64,000 bases of DNA from Candidatus Nanopelagicales bacterium (GCA_046330625.1 JAXLSJ010000005.1:11160-75159); one strand, 5' to 3'. Numbered from the stretch's first letter, positions 39,857-49,260 are shown. The notes: a model not told the origin generated them from the sequence alone. Made by a program: numbers and translations.

Positions 39857-40389
39857 CGCCGCGTCAGTGGCAGATCGGCGTCGCCACGCTCGTCGTGGTG
39901 CTGGCCGTGGCTCTGCAATTCGTGATCGTGTCCCGGCTGCCCGGGCCGGTGGCGGGCCCGGCTCTGGTCCTGGTCGCGGTGGTCGCGGTGGCGATGGCCG
40001 GGGGCCAGACGTTCGGTGCCGTGGCGGGGTTCGGTGCCGGACTTGCGCTGGACCTGCTGCCACCGGCCGACAGTCTGATGGGCAGCACGGCTCTGGCGCT
40101 GGTCGTGGTCGGGTATGTCGCAGGTCGGGTGCGCGATCCCCGAGGTCTGGCGCCGGTGCAGGTGATGGGGGTCGCAGCCGGACTCGCCGCGGGCAGCGGG
40201 ATCCTCATGCTCGCGATCCAGATGGTCCTGGGCGGCCGTCCTGTCGCAGCCGGTGCCGCCATGGCGGCACTGGCCGGTTATGTCGTGGTCTCTGCCGCGC
40301 TGGCGCCGCTGGTCGTCCCCGTGGTGGGGGCGATCGTGCGCCGGGTCGGGGGCGCCCGACGATCGACCGCCCGGCGGTTGTCGGCGTGA
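39853..40389 (+). CDS. mreD: rod shape-determining protein MreD
   Basis: A 178-aa polytopic membrane ORF that overlaps mreC by 4 nt and sits between mreC and PBP2. Confidence 0.75.
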   Translation: MTPRQWQIGVATLVVVLAVALQFVIVSRLPGPVAGPALVLVAVVAVAMAGGQTFGAVAGFGAGLALDLLPPADSLMGSTALALVVVGYVAGRVRDPRGLAPVQVMGVAAGLAAGSGILMLAIQMVLGGRPVAAGAAMAALAGYVVVSAALAPLVVPVVGAIVRRVGGARRSTARRLSA

Positions 40390-42419
40390 ACCATCGATCC
40401 TCCTTGCGGCTCGCCCTCGTCAGTGTCTTCATCGCCGCTCTGGGGCTGGTGCTGGCCGGGCGACTGGTGGAACTGACGGTGTTCCGGGGATCCGCTTTGG
40501 CGGCGGCGGCCGAGGACAACCGGACCCGGGTGGTGCCGGATCCGGCACCACGGGGACTCATCCTCGACTCCTCGGGACGCCCGCTGGTCGCGAACACCGC
40601 AGCCGCCGGGGTCCTGATCGATCGCCAGACGCTGGCAGACGAACCCGACGGCGGTCGCCGGGTGCTGCGCGCGGTCGCACCCCGACTGGGCCTGACGGTG
40701 CGCGAGTTGGAACAGCGACTCACCCTGTGCGGCACCGACGGCGCCCCGCCGCGCCCGATCTGCGACGACGGCAGCCCCCAGACCCCCGTCGCGGTCAGTG
40801 CCCACGATCGTGGCGCGCTGCTCCCCATCGCCGAGACACCCGCGGACTATCCGGGTGTCACGCTGGCCTCCGCGGTCACGCGCGACTACCCGGCCGAGGG
40901 GGTGAGTGGTGGGCACCTGCTGGGCTACCTGGGCGCGGTGAGCTCCGAGGAACTCGCCGCAGACCCCGCGCTGACGTCTTCGGACCTGGTCGGCCGCGGC
41001 GGCGTCGAGCAGACCTATGACGCCGATCTGCGAGGGAGAGCCGGCGAACGGCGGCTGCTCGTGGACGCCAAGGGCGACGTCGAAGGCTCCGAACAGGTGC
41101 TCCCGGCCCAAGCGGGATCGGACCTGGTCACGTCGATCGACGCCACCTTGCAGGCTCGGACCGAGGAGGCGCTCGACAACGCCTTGGCCTACGCGGGAAG
41201 TCCCGACGCCCGAGCTGCCGCTGTGGTCATGGACGTGCGAAGCGGGCGCGTGCTGGCGCTGGCATCCAAGCCCGACTTCAGGCCCTCGGATTGGGTCGGT
41301 GGGGTGACGGAGCAGGCGTACCGCCGTATGTCCGACAGCGGTGCCCTGGTGGACTACGCCGCCGACGGGACCTCCCCACCCGGGTCGGCCTTCAAACCCA
41401 TCAGCGTGGTCGCCATGGGGCGCAGCGGATTCGACCTCAACGGGCAGTACGACTGCCCCGGCACCTACACCGCCGGCGGGCGGACGTTCACCAACCACGA
41501 ATCCGAGGCCTACGGATCGTTGTCCCTCGCGCGGGCCCTCGAGGTGTCCTGCAACACCGTCTTCTACCGGGCGGGTGACCGGCTGTGGCGACGCGACGGT
41601 GGCGAGGCTCAGGGGCAGGGCGCCCTGGGTCCGATCGCCCAGGCCGCAGCCGATCTGGGGCTGGGTCGCGCCACCGGGATCGACCTGCCGAGTGAGTCCT
41701 CCGGCATGGTCGCCAGTCCCGACCAGAAGTACCGGCTGTGGACCGAACGGCGCGACGACTGGTGTGCCGCCGCCCGTGACGGCTACCCCGACCTGCGACG
41801 GACCGATCCGGTCACCGCCGACTACTACACGGCGCTGGACAAGGAGAACTGTCGGTCCGGGCATCTGTGGCGCGAGGGCGATGCGATCAACGCCGCGATC
41901 GGCCAGGGATACACGGTGACGAGCCCGCTGCAGATGGCCGTGGCCTACTCCGCGCTGGCCAACGGCGGCACGGTGTGGCAGCCGACCATCGGGCGGGCCG
42001 TGGTCGCTCCCGACGGCTCCGTCACCCGCGAGATCGCCCCGCGACAGGCGGGGTCGCTCGCGGGGGATCAGCGCACCCTGCGGTTCCTGGCGCGTTCCCT
42101 GCCGGCGGTGGCACGGTCCGGGACCGCTGCGGACGCGTTCACGGGTTTCCCCCTCGACCGGTACCCGATCGCCGGCAAGACCGGTTCCGCTCAGGTCGAG
42201 GGGCACAACTCGACCTCGTGGTTCGCGTCGTTCGCGCCCGCCGACGCTCCGCGCTACGCAGTCGTGGTCATGGTGACCGACGGGGGCGCGGGCGGCGAGA
42301 CCGCGGCGCCGGCCACCCGATCGATCTACGAGGCGATCTTCGGGGTGGGGGCCAAACCGGTGTTCCCGGCGTCCGGCCCACCGCAGGAGATCGCCGGCGT
42401 CCGGGGGAGTGGTCGATGA
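40386..42419 (+). CDS. mrdA: penicillin-binding protein 2 (class B transpeptidase)
   Basis: The GTG at 40386 overlaps the mreD stop (GTGA). It has a TM anchor and the transpeptidase motifs SAFK, SCN and KTGSA. Confidence 0.9.
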   Translation: MNHRSSLRLALVSVFIAALGLVLAGRLVELTVFRGSALAAAAEDNRTRVVPDPAPRGLILDSSGRPLVANTAAAGVLIDRQTLADEPDGGRRVLRAVAPRLGLTVRELEQRLTLCGTDGAPPRPICDDGSPQTPVAVSAHDRGALLPIAETPADYPGVTLASAVTRDYPAEGVSGGHLLGYLGAVSSEELAADPALTSSDLVGRGGVEQTYDADLRGRAGERRLLVDAKGDVEGSEQVLPAQAGSDLVTSIDATLQARTEEALDNALAYAGSPDARAAAVVMDVRSGRVLALASKPDFRPSDWVGGVTEQAYRRMSDSGALVDYAADGTSPPGSAFKPISVVAMGRSGFDLNGQYDCPGTYTAGGRTFTNHESEAYGSLSLARALEVSCNTVFYRAGDRLWRRDGGEAQGQGALGPIAQAAADLGLGRATGIDLPSESSGMVASPDQKYRLWTERRDDWCAAARDGYPDLRRTDPVTADYYTALDKENCRSGHLWREGDAINAAIGQGYTVTSPLQMAVAYSALANGGTVWQPTIGRAVVAPDGSVTREIAPRQAGSLAGDQRTLRFLARSLPAVARSGTAADAFTGFPLDRYPIAGKTGSAQVEGHNSTSWFASFAPADAPRYAVVVMVTDGGAGGETAAPATRSIYEAIFGVGAKPVFPASGPPQEIAGVRGSGR

Positions 42420-43546
42420 CCCTCTTGCCCAGGACGGACCCACGCCCCACCTCACTGAGACTCGGTCGACGCGACCGCCTGCATGCCGCGCGGCTCGACT
42501 GGGTGCTGGTGGCCGCCGCGCTCGCCCTGTCCCTGCTCGGGTGTGCCCTGATCGCGTCGGCCGGTGAAGCGAACGTGGGCAGCGCCCCCGCCAAACGGCA
42601 ACTGCTGTCGGTGGTGGTCGCGGTGATGCTGGCTTTCGTCGTCACGCGGGTCGAACCGCGCTCGCTGCGGGCGTGGACTCCTGCGCTGTACCTGGCCTCA
42701 CTGGTCGGACAACTGTTGCCGTTCACCCCTATGGGGGTCTCGATCGCCGGTGCCCGGGCGTGGTTCGCGCTCCCTCTCGGATTCACGGTGCAGCCATCGG
42801 AGTTCGCCAAACTCGCACTGATCTGCGCCCTGGCCGCGACTCTGGCGGGTGGTCCCCGCGACCAGACGGTGCCCGACGCCATAGTGGTGCGGGGCTTGGC
42901 ACTGGCGGCCCTCCCGCTGGCCATCGTCCTGGTCGGCAACGACACCGGATCGGCCATGGTGATCACCGGGATCGTGGCCGTGATCATGCTCGTTGCGGGA
43001 GTGTCGTGGAAGTGGCTCGCCGGTCTGGCCGCGGTCGGTGTGCTCGTGGCCACCGCCGCGATCTCGTTGGGCCTGCTCGCCGACTATCAGATGAGGCGGC
43101 TCACCTCGTTCCTCGACCCCATGGCCGATCCGTACGGCGCGGGCCTGAACACCATCCAGGCCCGGATCGCCGTCGGCTCCGGTGGGGTCGTCGGTCGAGG
43201 ACTGTTCCAGGGCCCCCAGACACAGGGTGGGTTCGTCCCGGTCAACGACTCCGACTTCGTGTTCTCGGTGGCGGCGGAGGAGTTGGGTCTCATCGGCGGA
43301 CTGCTGCTCCTGATCCTGCTCGGGATCATCCTGTGGCGCGGCCTGCGGATCGCCTTCGACGCCCGCGACATGTTCGGCCGCCTGATCGCGGTGGGCGTCG
43401 TGGCCTGGTTCGCCCTCCAGGCCTTCGAGAACATCGGCATGAACCTGGGGGTGATGCCGGTGACGGGGGTGACCCTGCCCTTCCGGTGGCGTCGGCGATG
43501 GCGCCCAAGACGGGGACGAGCGTCCGCTTGGAGCCCAGATACTTGA
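42416..43546 (+). CDS. rodA: SEDS-family peptidoglycan polymerase RodA, 3'-truncated (possible pseudogene)
   Basis: The ATG at 42416 overlaps the PBP2 stop. FtsW/RodA/SpoVE similarity continues up to ...NIGMNLGVMPVTGVTLPF at about 43483. The expected (V/I)SYGGS... continuation is then replaced by RWRRRWRPRRGRASAWSPDT*, which is antisense to a methylase gene fragment. Confidence 0.7.
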   Translation: MTLLPRTDPRPTSLRLGRRDRLHAARLDWVLVAAALALSLLGCALIASAGEANVGSAPAKRQLLSVVVAVMLAFVVTRVEPRSLRAWTPALYLASLVGQLLPFTPMGVSIAGARAWFALPLGFTVQPSEFAKLALICALAATLAGGPRDQTVPDAIVVRGLALAALPLAIVLVGNDTGSAMVITGIVAVIMLVAGVSWKWLAGLAAVGVLVATAAISLGLLADYQMRRLTSFLDPMADPYGAGLNTIQARIAVGSGGVVGRGLFQGPQTQGGFVPVNDSDFVFSVAAEELGLIGGLLLLILLGIILWRGLRIAFDARDMFGRLIAVGVVAWFALQAFENIGMNLGVMPVTGVTLPFRWRRRWRPRRGRASAWSPDT

Positions 43547-43550
43547 TCAC
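43484..43550 (-). pseudogene. 5' remnant (22 codons plus RBS) of a DNA adenine methyltransferase gene
   Basis: The minus strand reads GGAGGGcgcgGTG ATC AAG TAT CTG GGC TCC AAG CGG ACG CTC GTC CCC GTC TTG GGC GCC ATC GCC GAC GCC ACC GG, which is VIKYLGSKRTLVPVLGAIADATG. The YLGSK(R)xL N-terminus is characteristic of D12/Dam-like adenine methylases (from memory). The reading frame then runs into antisense rodA. Confidence 0.55.
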
Positions 43551-43587
43551 CGCGCCCTCCGGGGTTGATCCTACGCAGCCACCCGCC

Positions 43588-43751
43588 CCCGGCGGTCGAG
43601 CCCCGGTGGTCGAGCCCCGGTGGTCGAGCGGAGCCGAGACCTCCGCACCCGCCCCGGTGGTCGAGCGGAGCCGAGACCTCCGCACCCGCCCCGGTGGTCG
43701 AGCGGAGCCGAGACCACCACCCGCCTCCGGTGGTCGAGCGGAGCCGAGACC
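43588..43751. repeat. tandem array of REP-like elements (period 36-37 nt)
   Basis: Two partial units are followed by four full units of CCGGTGGTCGAGCGGAGCCGAGACC, starting at 43617, 43654, 43691 and 43727. The 11-12-nt linkers are tccgcacccgcc twice and then accacccgcct. Confidence 0.85.
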
Positions 43752-43954
43752 GCTGCGCCCGGTTCGGGGTCCGGGCTCGGGTCGGGCGCCTCTTGGAGTA
43801 GAGGAACCGCCTTCGGCGGGCTGTGTTGATGGATGCGCGCCTCGCGGGCTCGGCTGCGCATCGGGTTCCGCTTCTACAGTCGCCGACGCCGACGCCGACC
43901 CGGACCCCGTCCGGGCTCTGTGGGTGGTGATCGGTCCGTGGTCGGTGGCTGGGC

Positions 43955-43978
43955 CCGGTGGTCGAGCGGAGCCGAGAC
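43955..43978. repeat. solitary REP-like element copy
   Basis: CCGGTGGTCGAGCGGAGCCGAGAC lies 118 nt upstream of the radical SAM gene start. Confidence 0.6.
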
Positions 43979-44096
43979 GCCTGCGCTCCTCGACGGCTCG
44001 CTAGGCGCGGCCCGGGTCTCGGGCGGTCACGGTGGATCGACGCGACGATTGGCGCGGCACGTGGCCCGGTACGTACCCTTCGGCACGGAGGCTGAT

Positions 44097-46019
44097 GTGG
44101 GCGTTTCCGGGTCGATCTACCCGCAGTTGGAGCCGATCCTGGGGAGGGTCGGCAAGCCGGTGCAGTACGTCGGGGGTGAGGTCAACTCCGTCGTGAAGGA
44201 CTGGGACACGGTCCCCGTTCACTGGGCCCTGGTCTATCCGGACGCCTACGAGGTGGGGTCGCCCAACCAAGGGGTGCAGATCCTCTATGAGGTGATCAAC
44301 GAGAGGGACGATGCACTCGCGGAGCGGGGGTACGCGGTCTGGCCCGATCTCGAGGCGGAGTTGCGCGCGGCCGGACTTCCGGCGTTCACCGTCGACGCCC
44401 AACGTCCGTTGGGGGATTTCGACATCGTCGGTGTCAGCCTGTCCACCGAACTCGGGTACACCAATCTGCTCACCCTCCTGGACCTGGCCGGGATCCCGCT
44501 GCGCGCAGCACAGCGGGACGAGGAGCATCCGCTCGTGCTCGTCGGCGGGCACGCGGCCTTCAACCCCGAACCGCTGGCCCCCTTCATCGACGCCGCGGTC
44601 CTCGGGGACGGGGAACAGGCTGTCGGTCGCATCACCGATCTGGTCGCCGCCTGGCATGCGGACGGCCGACCGGGTGGCCGCACCGGGATCCTGGAGCAAC
44701 TCGCGCGCACGGGATCCGTCTACGTCCCGGCCTTCTACGACGTCACCTACGCTCCGGACGGGACCATCGCGGCGATCGTCCCCGATCGTCCGGGCGTCCC
44801 CTGGCGGGTCACCAAACACACCCTCATGGACCTGGACGAGTGGCCGTACCCCAAGGCACCGATCGTCCCGGTCGCCGAGACGATCCACGAACGGATGAGC
44901 GTCGAGATCTTCCGGGGCTGCACCCGCGGGTGCCGCTTCTGTCAGGCGGGCATGATCACCCGACCCGTCCGCGAACGATCGGCGGCGACGATCGCCGACA
45001 TGGTCGAGTGCGGCATCCAGCGCACGGGCTTCAACGAGGTCGGCCTGCTCAGCCTGTCCAGTGCGGATCACTCCGAGATCGCGAACCTGGCCAAGGGGTT
45101 GGCGGACCGCTATGGCGACTCGCGGACGTCGCTGAGCCTGCCCAGCACCCGCGTCGACGCGTTCAATATCGAACTCGCCGACGAACTGTCCCGCAACGGT
45201 CGTCGATCGGGGCTGACCTTCGCCCCCGAGGGAGGCAGCGAGCGGCTGCGTCGGGTGATCAACAAGACCGTCACCGAGGACGACCTGATCCGCACGGTCA
45301 CGGCGGCCTATGCCAGCGGATGGCGCCACGTGAAGCTGTACTTCATGTGCGGGCTGCCGACCGAGACCGACGAGGACGTGCTGCAGATCGCCCGCCTGGC
45401 GCGCGAGGTGATCCGTGCGGGCCGCGAGGCTGCCGGCCGTCGGGACATCCGCTGCACGGTCTCCATCGGGGGGTTTGTCCCCAAACCGCATACGCCATTC
45501 CAGTGGGCGGCACAACTGTCGGCCGCGGACACCGACCGTCGGCTGGCACTGCTGCGCGACGAGATCCGCAAGGACCGGGACTACGCCAGGGCCATCGGTT
45601 TCCGTTACCACGACGGCGAGCCGGGCATCGTCGAGGGCTTGCTGGCCCGCGGCGACCGCCGGGTCGCCGACGTGATCGAGACCGTGTGGCGCGACGGTGG
45701 ACGCTTCGACGGCTGGTCGGAGCACTTCTCGTTCGAACGGTGGAGCACGGCGGCCAAGTCGGTGTTCGCGGAGACGCCGGTCTCCCTGGACTGGTTCACG
45801 ACGCGCGAACGCGATGTGGCCGAGGTCCTGCCCTGGCACCACCTCGACTCAGGTCTCGACACCGAGTGGCTCTGGCAGGACTGGCAGGACGCGATCGCGG
45901 GCGACGAGGTCGGCGACTGCCGCTGGACCCCCTGCTCCCAGTGCGGGGTGTGCAATCAGTTGGACACGGTGATCCAGATCGGCCCGCCGCCCGTTCCCTG
46001 GACCGGAGATCCCACGTGA
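44097..46019 (+). CDS. B12-binding-domain radical SAM protein (TIGR03960-like, function unknown)
   Basis: The GTG at 44097 has GGAGG 4 nt upstream. The radical SAM cluster motif is CTRGCRFCQAG. The N-terminal region PVHWALVYPDAYEVGSPNQGVQILY is typical of this family. The track ORF start at 43833 lies in the repeat region. Confidence 0.85.
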   Translation: MGVSGSIYPQLEPILGRVGKPVQYVGGEVNSVVKDWDTVPVHWALVYPDAYEVGSPNQGVQILYEVINERDDALAERGYAVWPDLEAELRAAGLPAFTVDAQRPLGDFDIVGVSLSTELGYTNLLTLLDLAGIPLRAAQRDEEHPLVLVGGHAAFNPEPLAPFIDAAVLGDGEQAVGRITDLVAAWHADGRPGGRTGILEQLARTGSVYVPAFYDVTYAPDGTIAAIVPDRPGVPWRVTKHTLMDLDEWPYPKAPIVPVAETIHERMSVEIFRGCTRGCRFCQAGMITRPVRERSAATIADMVECGIQRTGFNEVGLLSLSSADHSEIANLAKGLADRYGDSRTSLSLPSTRVDAFNIELADELSRNGRRSGLTFAPEGGSERLRRVINKTVTEDDLIRTVTAAYASGWRHVKLYFMCGLPTETDEDVLQIARLAREVIRAGREAAGRRDIRCTVSIGGFVPKPHTPFQWAAQLSAADTDRRLALLRDEIRKDRDYARAIGFRYHDGEPGIVEGLLARGDRRVADVIETVWRDGGRFDGWSEHFSFERWSTAAKSVFAETPVSLDWFTTRERDVAEVLPWHHLDSGLDTEWLWQDWQDAIAGDEVGDCRWTPCSQCGVCNQLDTVIQIGPPPVPWTGDPT

Positions 46020-46738
46020 GCCGACGCCAGTCCCCGAACGAGGCACAACCTGTCGTCCAGCGGATCAGGCTCCGGTACGGCAAGTCCGATCGGCTGAGGT
46101 TCGCCAGCCACCGCGATTTCCAGCGTGCCCTGGAACGAGCAGTTCGGCGCGCCGGTCTTCCGGTGGCGATGAGCGGTGGCTTCAACCCGCACCCGCGGAT
46201 CTCGTACGCGAACGCGGCCCCGACCGGCGCGGCGAGTGCCGCGGAGTACGTCGAGGTGGGCCTTGCCGAGGCGATGCCGGTGGCGGAGTTCGCTGCCTCG
46301 GTGAGCGCCGGTCTGCCGTCCGGATTCACCGTCACCGATGCGGTGGAGTCACCCGGAGGCGCCCTGGCGGAGCTGCTGGAGGCGAGCCGGTGGCGCATCG
46401 AAATCCCGGGCCACAGCGAGGCAGAGATCGACGAGGCGATCCACCGCCTCCTGTCGGCTCCGGAACCGGTCACGGTGACGCGGGTGACCAAGTCGGGAAC
46501 CCGCGAGATCGCGGTCGGCGAGCACTGGGTGTCAGGGGCAGCGGGACCCGGGCATCTGACCGCGACGGTGCGCACCGCCACACCGACGGTGCGACCGGAG
46601 GACATCGTGCGTGCGCTGGGACTGGAGCCGATGGGCCGGTGCACCCGGGAGGCGCAAGGACCCGTGGTGGCCGATGGGGTGGGCGATCCGTGGGGTTCGC
46701 CGGTTCCGATTGATCCACAGTGGTGTGTGCCATACTGA
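46016..46738 (+). CDS. radical SAM-linked protein (TIGR03936/DUF2344-like)
   Basis: The GTG at 46016 overlaps the upstream stop (GTGA). The sequence RIRLRYGKSDRLRFASHRDFQRALERAVRRAGLPVAMSGGFNPHPRISYA is typical of the family that partners TIGR03960 proteins. Confidence 0.8.
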   Translation: MSRRQSPNEAQPVVQRIRLRYGKSDRLRFASHRDFQRALERAVRRAGLPVAMSGGFNPHPRISYANAAPTGAASAAEYVEVGLAEAMPVAEFAASVSAGLPSGFTVTDAVESPGGALAELLEASRWRIEIPGHSEAEIDEAIHRLLSAPEPVTVTRVTKSGTREIAVGEHWVSGAAGPGHLTATVRTATPTVRPEDIVRALGLEPMGRCTREAQGPVVADGVGDPWGSPVPIDPQWCVPY

Positions 46739-46887
46739 CGGCACAGGCGATAGCGGCCCCAGCTCCGCCCGGTGCGGTGGCGGGCCCGATCGCGAGACCA
46801 GACTTTCCGGTCCGCTGCGGCGGATCGAACCGACCAAAGGGGTCCGTGCGGTGCAGCGCACCCGGATCCCGTGAAGGGATCGAGCGC

Positions 46888-49236
46888 ATGCTCGACGAAG
46901 AGAACACCACCACCGAATCCACCGCTGCCCCTGCTGACGCCGCCGCCGGCGACGGCGAGGTGCGCCCACGCCGCCGTCGCGCGGCCCGTCGCCCCGCGGG
47001 TCCGCCGCCCGAGACCACCTTCTCGGCTGCGGCCCCGGAGCCGGCGGCCGCCCCTGAGCCCGAGCCGGCGACCGAGGCCGAACCTGTCCGGCGAGGACGC
47101 CGCCGCAAACCCGCCACCGTCGATTTCGCGGCACCCCCGGTGGATGCGGCCGCGAGCGGCGACGACGCCGGGAGTGGTGACGCCGGCGGCGACGGTGCCG
47201 CTGCTGCGGTGCCGTTGTTCCAGCCACCGCCCGAGGCTCCCCGCCGCCGCCGGCGTGCCGCCGAGTCCGGTGACGAGTCGGCGGAGAAGTCCGGCGACAC
47301 CGAATCGAACGACTCCGACCAGGAAGACGACAAACCCACCCGCCGCCGTCGGGGAGGCCGCGGTCGCAAGTCGGGAGACAAGCAGGGCAACGACGACGCG
47401 GCGGAGTCCGCGGGCGACAGTGCCTCCGGGGACGGCGCCTCCGACAACTCCGACGCCGACGACCCTGACGACGGCGACGACGGCACGGTCCGGCGTCGCC
47501 GACGCCGGCGCCGCGGCGGTGGCGGCAAGTCCGACGACGACGGCGGCAACGGCAAGGACGAGGTCACCGCGCTGAAGGGCTCGACGCGGATCGAGGCCAA
47601 GAAACAGCGTCGCAAGGAGGGCCGCGAGTCGGGCCGGCGGCGCGCTCCCCAGATCAGTGAGGCCGAGTTCCTGGCTCGGCGTGAGTCCGTGAAACGCACC
47701 ATGGTGGTCCGACAGCGCGGCGATCTGACCCAGATCGTCGTGCTCGAGGACGGCGTCCTGGTCGAGCACTACGTCAACCAGGCGACGGCGACGTCACTCG
47801 TCGGCAATGTCTATCTGGGACGCGTCCAGAACGTCCTGCCGTCCATGGAGGCGGCGTTCGTCGACATCGGCCGCGGCCGCAACGCCGTGCTCTACGCCGG
47901 CGAGGTCAACTGGGACGCTGCCGGCCTCGAGGGCCAGCCCAAGCGCATCGAACAGGCGCTCAAGTCCGGCGACAAGGTGCTGGTGCAGGTCACCAAGGAC
48001 CCGATCGGGCACAAGGGCGCCCGACTGACCAGCCAGGTGTCGCTGCCCGGCCGATTCATCGTGTATGTGCCGGACGGCTCCATGACCGGCATCAGCCGCA
48101 AACTGCCGGACAAGGAGCGCACCCGGTTGCGCAAGATCCTCCGCGAGTCGCTGCCGGAAGGTTCCGGGGTCATCGTCCGGACCGCGGCCGAAGGCGCCAG
48201 CGAAGAAGATCTGGCCCGCGACGTCGCCCACCTGACCTCGACGTGGGAGCAGATCTCCGCCAAGTCCGAGAAGGCCAACCCCCCGGCGCTGCTGCACAGC
48301 GAACCCGATCTCGCCCTGCGGGTCGTGCGCGACATCTTCAACTCCGACTTCGAGTCGCTGGTCGTCTCCGGCGACGAGATCGGCGACACCCTGATCGGCT
48401 ACGTCGCCGACAACGCCCCAGGGCTGTCGGAACGGGTCTCCCGGTGGACCGACACCGAGGATGTGTTCGCGCACTACCGGGTCGACGAGCAACTCGCGAA
48501 GGCGCTCGACCGCAAGGTCTATCTGCCCTCGGGCGGGTCGCTCGTCATCGACCGGACCGAGGCCATGACGGTGGTCGACGTCAACACGGGACGATTCACC
48601 GGGCAGGGGGGCAACCTCGAGGAGACGGTCACCCGCAACAACCTCGAAGCAGCCGAGGAGATCGTGCGCCAGATCCGGTTGCGCGACGCCGGGGGCATCA
48701 TCGTCATCGACTTCATCGACATGGTGCTCGAGAGCAACCGCGACCTCGTTCTCCGGCGACTTGTCGAGTGCCTGGGCCGCGATCGCACCAAGCACCAGGT
48801 CGCCGAGGTGACCTCCCTCGGACTGGTCCAGATGACCCGCAAGCGGATCGGTCAGGGCCTGCTGGAGACCTTCAGCGAACCCTGCGACTGCTGCAACGGC
48901 CGGGGGGTGAAGGTCCATGGCGAGCCCGCCGAGGGCCGCAACTCGTCCCGCAAGACCCGATCCGTGCGGCCCCCGGGCGCGCACGATCCGGTCGAGGCGG
49001 CTGCCGCGCGGGCCAAGGCCGCGACCGAGGACGCGGCCGCCGAAGTCGCCGTGGCGGCGGAAGCCGACGGCAGTGCGGACGCGTCCGGAACTCCGGAGGA
49101 CAGCCCTGCCCCCGAGACCTCGGCCGACGCAGAACCGACGATGGAGGACTCCGGCACGGAACCGGACGCCGAATCGCCGGTCGTCGGGGAACCGGCCGAG
49201 GAGGCCGGTTTGACCGAACCCGAACCGACTCCGTAG
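46888..49236 (+). CDS. rne: ribonuclease E/G
   Basis: The ATG at 46888 begins MLDEENTT.... It has R/D/E-rich N- and C-terminal disordered arms and a central S1 plus catalytic core ([33 protein letters not shown]; VIDFIDM). Confidence 0.9.
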   Translation: MLDEENTTTESTAAPADAAAGDGEVRPRRRRAARRPAGPPPETTFSAAAPEPAAAPEPEPATEAEPVRRGRRRKPATVDFAAPPVDAAASGDDAGSGDAGGDGAAAAVPLFQPPPEAPRRRRRAAESGDESAEKSGDTESNDSDQEDDKPTRRRRGGRGRKSGDKQGNDDAAESAGDSASGDGASDNSDADDPDDGDDGTVRRRRRRRRGGGGKSDDDGGNGKDEVTALKGSTRIEAKKQRRKEGRESGRRRAPQISEAEFLARRESVKRTMVVRQRGDLTQIVVLEDGVLVEHYVNQATATSLVGNVYLGRVQNVLPSMEAAFVDIGRGRNAVLYAGEVNWDAAGLEGQPKRIEQALKSGDKVLVQVTKDPIGHKGARLTSQVSLPGRFIVYVPDGSMTGISRKLPDKERTRLRKILRESLPEGSGVIVRTAAEGASEEDLARDVAHLTSTWEQISAKSEKANPPALLHSEPDLALRVVRDIFNSDFESLVVSGDEIGDTLIGYVADNAPGLSERVSRWTDTEDVFAHYRVDEQLAKALDRKVYLPSGGSLVIDRTEAMTVVDVNTGRFTGQGGNLEETVTRNNLEAAEEIVRQIRLRDAGGIIVIDFIDMVLESNRDLVLRRLVECLGRDRTKHQVAEVTSLGLVQMTRKRIGQGLLETFSEPCDCCNGRGVKVHGEPAEGRNSSRKTRSVRPPGAHDPVEAAAARAKAATEDAAAEVAVAAEADGSADASGTPEDSPAPETSADAEPTMEDSGTEPDAESPVVGEPAEEAGLTEPEPTP

Positions 49237-49260
49237 CCTAGGAGGGTTGCCGCCGCGGCG

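Noticed and set aside
43588-43751. Possible CRISPR array (regularly spaced 25-nt repeats)
   Set aside because: The 'spacers' are only 11-12 nt, and two of them are identical. The period is 36-37 nt rather than about 60-70 nt. No cas genes are present in the window. The same repeat also occurs singly at 18.5, 37.7 and 43.96 kb. This is REP/MITE-like behaviour, not CRISPR.
42673-44004. 443-aa plus-strand ORF and 96-119-aa minus-strand ORFs spanning the repeat region
   Set aside because: Their sequences are just translations of the REP-like repeats (VVERSRD / SGAET / LDHR motifs) or of antisense rodA. They have no start context or coding bias.
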